From a bacterium (GTDB lineage: Bacteria > UBP14 > UBA6098 > B30-G16): DNA of 64,000 bases. Shown one piece after another: positions 59,456 through 64,000 of this stretch. Location: the NCBI GenBank assembly GCA_030613005.1, contig JAUWMV010000006.1:22298-86297 (forward strand), read 5' to 3'. Made by a program: the position numbers and the translations under genes. The notes below the pieces were generated by a model, which was not told the origin of the DNA, did no database searches, and saw only the letters and a program-made list of their open reading frames with translations. Positions within the stretch are counted from its first letter, which is position 1, and every line of letters starts with the position of its first letter.

Positions 59456-59839
59456 CTAAACAATAGGTATATTTTTTTCAAGCATTTCCTGGCAGTTAAG
59501 ACAGTTCTCGGCATATGGAATAGCTTTTAACCTTTCATTTTCAATAGCTTCACCACATAATAAGCATTTTCCATAAGTTCCTTGTTTAATCCTAAAAAGA
59601 GCAGCATTTATTGCATCGATAAACATTTGCTGATGTTCTGCGATTGTAATAGATCTTTCCTGTTCATCTGTAACGCTGCTCATATCCGCTGGATGAGTTC
59701 TGAAAGCAGAAACCTGACCAAGACGTTCTCTAACGTTTATCGATAGACTTTCCCGTTCGAATTTTTCTAATTTCTCAACGAGGTCTTTTTTTAATTCCAA
59801 TAAAAGTTTCTCAAACTTCTCTAATTCTCTTTTACGCAT
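59456..59839 (-). CDS. DksA/TraR family C4-type zinc-finger protein
   Basis: Coiled-coil N-terminus followed by CLLCGEAIENERLKAIPYAENCLNCQ. Confidence 0.8.
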   Translation of the reverse strand: MRKRELEKFEKLLLELKKDLVEKLEKFERESLSINVRERLGQVSAFRTHPADMSSVTDEQERSITIAEHQQMFIDAINAALFRIKQGTYGKCLLCGEAIENERLKAIPYAENCLNCQEMLEKNIPIV

Positions 59840-60034
59840 ATTTCCTCCACAATTTTCGGAAACAAATTTTATAATTATACTTCGTTAAAGTCAAGTTATT
59901 TATGTATTTTTGCTAGAATTTATCATTTGTGTAACTTCTATTTAACTCAGTCTTGACAGTTCTATATTTTAAGTATTTCTTGATTTATACAAGAAGAGCG
60001 TTTTCGAAAAAAAAAAGCAACATGAGAGGTGCCC

Positions 60035-60577
60035 ATGAACAAGTATGTAACAAATAGTGTAATCGAAGGTCGAGTGTGGGTTATTAGGGATGAAATGAGT
60101 AGTCCGATCGACGACATCGATACCGACATGATCTATCACAATAAACATCTTGCGATTACAGACATAACCGAAATGGGAAATTATGCCTTTGGTAATTTGA
60201 ATGATTGGAAAGATTTTCCAATGAAAGTAAACCCGGGAGATATTTTAGTCGTAGGTGAGAATTTCGGAGCAGGATCCTCGAGGCAGCATGCAGTAGACTG
60301 CTTTATTGCATTGGGAATTGTTGCTATCGTTGGTGAAAGCTTCGGTGCAATATATTATAGAAACGCAGTTAATGCTGCTCTTCCTATTATTATCGTTAAG
60401 GGAATTATGAATTCAAAAATTGCATCTGGCAATATTATTCAAATAAATATTATTTCTGGGAAGCTCTATGATAAAACTGGGAATTTCGAGTTGCCATCTG
60501 CTATACCATTATCCGATGTCCAGTTACAGATAATTGAATGTGGCGGGATTCTCCAATTAGCAACAAAAATCAAATGA
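60035..60577 (+). CDS. aconitase-family small subunit (3-isopropylmalate/homoaconitate dehydratase LeuD-like)
   Basis: GDILVVGENFGAGSSRQHAVDCF and GESFGAIYYRNAVNAALP (swivel-domain pattern). SD GAGAGG precedes ATG 60035. An in-frame GTG also exists at 60029. Confidence 0.75.
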   Translation: MNKYVTNSVIEGRVWVIRDEMSSPIDDIDTDMIYHNKHLAITDITEMGNYAFGNLNDWKDFPMKVNPGDILVVGENFGAGSSRQHAVDCFIALGIVAIVGESFGAIYYRNAVNAALPIIIVKGIMNSKIASGNIIQINIISGKLYDKTGNFELPSAIPLSDVQLQIIECGGILQLATKIK

Positions 60578-60687
60578 TTTAAATTGTATGTTATTGGTTC
60601 GGAGATTTGATAGCGTATAGAATAGAGTTTGCCTAATTTACAGTAGATACGAGTTTAATAGTTTATACAAGAAGTAGTGGAAAATCA

Positions 60688-61545
60688 ATGAAACAACTTA
60701 TTGGAGCCCACATGTCTATTAGTGGTGGTGTAGACAAAGCCATCGATAGAGGAGAAAAGCTGGGATGTACTGCAATTCAAGTTTTTGTGGGAAGTAATTT
60801 AAGGCTTTTCAGCAAGCCACTGGATTCAAAAACTTTGCGTTCTTGGTATGAGAAATTTAAAAATGCAGAGTATTTGCAGGCTATTTTGGCTCATGCTGGA
60901 TATTTTATAAATTTAGCTTCACCGGACGACGAAAAGTGGGACAAATATATTGAAGCTCTTGCAGATGAATTAAACAAATGCGATCAACTTGGCATAGAAA
61001 ATCTAACTCTTCATCCCGGTTCTACTTTAGGCGATTCAGTTGAATGGGGAATAAAGCGAATTGCATCCGCAATTGATATTATTTATGATAAATACAGACC
61101 AAACTCGAATATTGCATTGGAAACCGATGCAGGTCAAGGATATCATATAGGATGGCGTTTCGAGCATCTCAGGGATATAATAGAAGCTTCTGCTCATAAA
61201 GAAAAATTGAGAGTAGTTTTCGATACAGCGCATGCATTTGCTGCGGGATATGATTTTACGAGCAAAACTAAATATGAAAAAATGTGGCATGAATTCGACG
61301 GTATGATTGGTTTGGAGAAACTTGTGGGGCTCCATATCAACGATTCTAAAAAATCATTGGGAGCACGAATAGACAGACATCAACATATAGGCAAAGGATA
61401 TATCGGTGTCGAAGCCTTCAGATATATTATGCAGGATGCAAAGTTTATTTCTATACCCAAAATTCTCGAAACTCCCAAAGAGAACAATTGGGATAGTTTG
61501 AATCTGAAACTTTTGTGGGATCTAGCAAATGGGAAACCAAATTGA
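60688..61545 (+). CDS. nfo: deoxyribonuclease IV (endonuclease IV)
   Basis: IGAHMSISGG, AHAGYFINLASPD, LHPGS, FDTAHAFAAGYD and GLHINDSK..G.RIDRHQHIGKG. Confidence 0.9.
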   Translation: MKQLIGAHMSISGGVDKAIDRGEKLGCTAIQVFVGSNLRLFSKPLDSKTLRSWYEKFKNAEYLQAILAHAGYFINLASPDDEKWDKYIEALADELNKCDQLGIENLTLHPGSTLGDSVEWGIKRIASAIDIIYDKYRPNSNIALETDAGQGYHIGWRFEHLRDIIEASAHKEKLRVVFDTAHAFAAGYDFTSKTKYEKMWHEFDGMIGLEKLVGLHINDSKKSLGARIDRHQHIGKGYIGVEAFRYIMQDAKFISIPKILETPKENNWDSLNLKLLWDLANGKPN

Positions 61546-61561
61546 CGTTCGAGGACAATTT

Positions 61562-62017
61562 ATGAGTAGAGTGATGGGAATAGATTTCGGTTTAAAAAGA
61601 GTGGGTATAGCACTTTCTGATCCTGTAGGGAAAGTGGCGCTTCCTTATACAACACTGGAGGAGGAATCTGAGGAGAAATTATTTAATCAAATCATTTCAA
61701 TTGTTAGGGAAAAGGATGTCAAATTAATAGTTTTAGGATTGCCGATTCATCTTTCTGGTGATGAGTCAGAAATGAGCGAACTTGTTAGGGAAGCTGGTCG
61801 TAAGCTTGAAAGAGAATTGAAAGTTGAAGTTGTTTTTTGGGATGAAAGATTGACGTCGAAGGAGGCAAGGCACATTTTGGTTAATGCCAGAAGGACATTT
61901 AGAAAAAAAGGTGTTTATAAAGGAAAGAAAAGTCATATCGATAAGATCGCAGCTACGTTGATTTTGCAGGGATATCTGGACTTAACACGGAAGGATGATT
62001 TCCACAATGAAATTTGA
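61562..62017 (+). CDS. ruvX: Holliday junction resolvase-like protein RuvX (YqgF)
   Basis: MSRVMGIDFGLKRVGIALSD, VLGLPIHLSGDES and WDERLTSKEA. The ORF is open from 61529. Confidence 0.85.
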   Translation: MSRVMGIDFGLKRVGIALSDPVGKVALPYTTLEEESEEKLFNQIISIVREKDVKLIVLGLPIHLSGDESEMSELVREAGRKLERELKVEVVFWDERLTSKEARHILVNARRTFRKKGVYKGKKSHIDKIAATLILQGYLDLTRKDDFHNEI

Positions 62018-63056
62018 TATTTTGAAGATTTTCAAGTGTAAATCTAAGCAAAAGAAACTGAAGATAATTGGAATTGTACTAATGTTTTTTGGAATATTAG
62101 TGTTGTGGGTGTTATATCAGGCATTTGGAGAAAGCTCACCAATACAATTTGAAAATCCTAAGTACATTGAGATTCCCGTTGGGTCTACAACATATAATGT
62201 AGCGAAAATTCTGGTTAGTGCGGAATTAATATATCGACCTCGGCTTTTCATTATACTTGCAAGGCTTACCGGTTTTGATCGCAAACTTAGAGCAGGTTAT
62301 TTTAAATTCGAATATCGTCCTTCTATGTGGGGAGTTATACGTAAATTAACATCTGGTGGTAGTTTTGATGTTAAATTGACTATTCCAGAGGCTTATACTA
62401 TTTATGAGATTGGTTCTTTAGTGCAATGTGAATTCAAAATAGATTCGCTGCAGTTTGTTACTGCATGTTCTGATACTAAAGTTTTGAGGAAGCTAAATAT
62501 TTCAACCTTATCGATGGAAGGATATTTATTTCCAGAGACATATCTTGTACCAAAGGATATCCAATCTGAGAGTCTAATCGTTCTAATGTACAATGAGTTC
62601 CAGCGACGTTGGCGACCTGAATGGGATATTAGACTCGATGAGATCGAGTTTAGTAAACTTGATATTGTGATATTAGCATCGATTATCGAAGCTGAAGCTC
62701 ATGTGAAAAATGAGCAAAGACAGATATCATCGGTATATCACAATCGTTTGTCTAAAGGAATGTTGCTTCAGGCTGATCCGACTGTAGCGTATGGGATGGG
62801 TAAGATAAATCAACCGCTATTGATTAAGGATTTGAAAACTCCGTCGGTCTATAACACATATATTCACAGTGGGTTACCTGCAGGACCTATATGTAATCCG
62901 GGTGAGGATGCAATTATTGCGGCATTATATCCAGAAACAACTAGTTATTTATATTTTGTTTCTCGACGAGCTGATGGCACGCATAAATTCTCTCGAACAT
63001 TTATAGAACATAATAAAGCCATTCAGGAGATTAAGAGAAATCTAAGAAATAATTGA
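61995..63056 (+). CDS. mltG: endolytic murein transglycosylase MltG (YceG-like)
   Basis: N-terminal TM segment, then LRAGYFKF, EGYLFPETY, ASIIEAEA, LQADPTVAYG and YNTYIHSGLPAGPICNPG. Confidence 0.85.
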   Translation: MISTMKFDILKIFKCKSKQKKLKIIGIVLMFFGILVLWVLYQAFGESSPIQFENPKYIEIPVGSTTYNVAKILVSAELIYRPRLFIILARLTGFDRKLRAGYFKFEYRPSMWGVIRKLTSGGSFDVKLTIPEAYTIYEIGSLVQCEFKIDSLQFVTACSDTKVLRKLNISTLSMEGYLFPETYLVPKDIQSESLIVLMYNEFQRRWRPEWDIRLDEIEFSKLDIVILASIIEAEAHVKNEQRQISSVYHNRLSKGMLLQADPTVAYGMGKINQPLLIKDLKTPSVYNTYIHSGLPAGPICNPGEDAIIAALYPETTSYLYFVSRRADGTHKFSRTFIEHNKAIQEIKRNLRNN

Positions 63057-63103
63057 TTTAACATCATTATCTTGACTAATTTAATGAGTTTTATACATTT
63101 CCC

Positions 63104-63131
63104 TTGACACAGTGGAAGCGTGACTTAAATT
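63104..63131 (+). promoter_or_regulatory. candidate promoter for tRNA-Asp (TTGACA-16-TAAATT)
   Basis: TTGACA at 63104-63109 and TAAATT at 63126-63131, 17 nt before the mature tRNA 5' end. A second candidate (TTGACT-16-TACATT) lies at 63072-63099. Confidence 0.35.
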
Positions 63132-63147
63132 CGACTCTTGTATTAAC

Positions 63148-63222
63148 GGGGTCGTGGTGTAGCTTGGTAAACACGTCGGCCTGTCAAGCCGAAGATCGCC
63201 AGTTCAAATCTGGTCGCCCCCG
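63148..63222 (+). tRNA. tRNA-Asp (anticodon GUC)
   Basis: Manual cloverleaf. Acceptor GGGGTCG/CGCCCCC with one U5-C68 mismatch. D-arm GTGT..CAC. Anticodon stem tcggc/gccga with loop cTGTCaa. T-arm gccag-ttcaaat-ctggt. Discriminator G73, an Asp identity element. CCA is not encoded. Confidence 0.85.
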
Positions 63223-63264
63223 TTATTTGAGAATTTTATGTCCAGTAAATTGATTAAATTTTAG

Positions 63265-63330
63265 TTGTAGGTTGGCAACCACGTCCCGACTGTGTCGGGA
63301 AGATCGCCAGTTCAAATCTGGTCGACCCCG
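63265..63330 (+). pseudogene. 5'-truncated tRNA-like unit 2 (no 5' acceptor strand; altered anticodon arm)
   Basis: ttgtaggttggcaaccac-g-tcccg-actgtgt-cggga-agat-cgccagttcaaatctggt-cgacccc-g. The T-arm and variable region are identical to tRNA-Asp. Confidence 0.75.
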
Positions 63331-63371
63331 TTATTTGAGAATTTTATGTCCAGTAAATTGATTAAATTTAA

Positions 63372-63437
63372 TTGTAACTTGGTAAACACGTCCCGACTGT
63401 GTCGGGAAGATCGCCAGTTCAAATCTGGTCGACCTCG
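63372..63437 (+). pseudogene. 5'-truncated tRNA-like unit 3
   Basis: Same architecture and the same anticodon arm as unit 2. The 3' acceptor strand reads cgacctc. Confidence 0.75.
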
Positions 63438-63479
63438 TTATTTGAGAATTTTATGTCCAGCAAGCCGATTAAATTTTAA

Positions 63480-63505
63480 TTGTAGTTTGGCAAACACGTC
63501 CCGAC
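63480..63505 (+). pseudogene. tRNA-like unit 4, truncated after the 5' side of the anticodon stem
   Basis: ttgtagtttggcaaacacgtcccgac, followed by unrelated sequence (attatcattgggtacc...). Confidence 0.7.
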
Positions 63506-63625
63506 ATTATCATTGGGTACCATGACTATCCTATACAGTTTCTCCGATATTTGATCCTTCTTGCGCAGAATTTTGTCAATGTATGCGGAGTAAATGCGCG
63601 CTATATATGGGTTTGTTCTTTCATA

Positions 63626-63679
63626 TCATTTCAAATACATCACTCTCTTGCTCGCTGCAAGCGTTCCGCTTGACCATTG
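63626..63679 (-). pseudogene. decayed duplicate of the 3' end of a T9SS sorting domain
   Basis: The minus strand reads QWSSGTLAASKRVMYLK*. The DNA matches the end of the gene at 63815 (tcaagcgga ... gcgagcaa.a..gtgatgtatttgaaat) with an internal deletion. No upstream ORF is attached. Confidence 0.55.
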
Positions 63680-63698
63680 CCCCTCCCCGTCACCATCA

Positions 63699-63811
63699 GA
63701 ACCACGGATAACACGGATTAGAAGATTTCACGGATAACCCACATCCCCACCAAATGGTGGTTGGTGATTGGGAATCCCAGTTAATCCGTTAATCTGCATA
63801 ATCTGTGGTTC
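63699..63811. repeat. 113-nt imperfect palindrome with arms built from degenerate 9-mers (CAC-GGATAA-like)
   Basis: Arm A is at 63699-63740 (gaaccacggataacacggattagaagatttcacggataaccc). Arm B is at 63770-63811 (reverse complement gaaccacagattatgcagattaacggattaactgggattccc). They match at 26 of 42 positions. A central mini-palindrome ccacca-aa-tggtgg lies at 63747-63760. Confidence 0.55.
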
Positions 63812-63814
63812 AGA

Positions 63815-64000
63815 CTATTTCAAATACATCACCTTTTTGCTCGCAGTCCGTCCGTCTTCCATCCTCGTTCTGACCAGATATATTCCGCTTGAGATTGATT
63901 CAACTGGTTGCCATATAACGGGTGTTTTATCAAACGCTCTTACGCATTTGCCATTCAAATCGTAGATTTCTACAGTAGCTCCCGAAGATATAATGATGGC
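63815..64000 (-). CDS. 3' end (partial, runs off the window) of a gene encoding a T9SS C-terminal sorting domain
   Basis: Minus-strand frame reads ..GATVEIYDLNGKCVRAFDKTPVIWQPVESISSGIYLVRTRMEDGRTASKKVMYLK*, with the stop at 63815-63817. It is absent from the ORF track because it has no start codon in the window. Confidence 0.7.
   Translation of the reverse strand, partial: AIIISSGATVEIYDLNGKCVRAFDKTPVIWQPVESISSGIYLVRTRMEDGRTASKKVMYLK

Larger units (their letters stand above)
63157..63505 (+). repeat. tandem array, 3.25 units of 107-108 bp (tRNA body from the D-arm onward plus a 41-42-nt AT-rich trailer)
   Basis: Unit starts are at 63157, 63265, 63372 and 63480. The trailer gttatttgagaattttatgtccagtaaattgattaaatt recurs at 63222, 63330 and 63437. 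The last unit is cut off at 63505. Confidence 0.85.

Noticed and set aside
59984-60674. The 13-mer tttatacaagaag occurs upstream of both the LeuD-like gene (59984-59996) and nfo (60662-60674).
   Set aside because: In 64 kb of AT-rich sequence, tens of 13-mer coincidences are expected by chance. There is no further similarity around the matches.
63157-63505. Could the tandem array be a CRISPR array?
   Set aside because: The units are 107-108 bp and contiguous, with no unique spacers between them. They are tRNA-derived. No cas genes are present in the window.
63292-63525. 77-aa ORF spanning the tRNA-like repeats, and the 65-aa ORF at 63768-63965.
   Set aside because: The first is just a translation of the tandem tRNA-like units, and its peptide repeats itself. 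The second runs through the palindromic element and is antisense to a T9SS tail. Both are artefacts.
63148-64000. An integrated mobile element at the tRNA-Asp 3' end.
   Set aside because: tRNA 3' fragments are the classic signature of integration. However, no integrase, excisionase or phage/ICE gene is visible in the 780 bp that remain. The repeats also start at the D-arm rather than at an anticodon- or T-loop crossover. This is left as an open hypothesis in the findings rather than called as a feature.

Overview
AT-rich bacterial chromosomal window. Standard code 11 reads cleanly. I count about 52 protein genes and 1 tRNA, with no rRNA, no CRISPR array and no transposase or integrase ORF. 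All calls come from reading motifs by eye; no database search was possible.

Housekeeping backbone: V-type ATPase B subunit; a lipid A/phospholipid block (lpxB, MsbA-like ABC exporter, plsC, acpS), then pgsA, ptsH (HPr), rho, argS and rsfS; hslU; tsaC; an ECF sigma / anti-sigma / 2x Spy-like envelope-stress operon; ftsH; a dksA-like gene; nfo, ruvX and mltG; tRNA-Asp(GUC).

Four proteins plus one gene fragment end in a Por/T9SS-type (FlgD-Ig-like) C-terminal sorting domain. Together with the low GC this suggests an uncultivated FCB-group-like lineage (possibly Cloacimonadota-like), but taxonomy cannot be established from this window.

Non-ordinary parts:
(1) A same-strand surface locus at 1.7-23.4 kb: two predicted outer-membrane proteins, a NapH-like polyferredoxin translationally coupled to an orphan receiver-GGDEF protein with a GGDDF motif, two giant secreted proteins (3231 and 1568 aa) that share an unassigned ~150-aa module, and an Ig-like lipoprotein.
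(2) A REC-PATAN-Roadblock response regulator next to a Cys-rich cytoplasmic kinase.
(3) A stand-alone bacterial eRF1-like protein whose GGQ loop reads GGWSQ.
(4) A translationally coupled minus-strand operon ending in a DUF1848 protein with a radical-SAM-like CX3CX2C motif.
(5) ArgS with its HIGH motif replaced by NIVS.
(6) At the 3' end, an intact tRNA-Asp followed by tandem 107-108-bp units carrying 5'-truncated tRNA-like copies whose anticodon arm is rewritten but still base-paired. After these come a decayed duplicate of a T9SS tail and a 113-nt imperfect palindrome built of 9-mers.

The tRNA-like array and the giant-protein locus are my best candidates for something undescribed.
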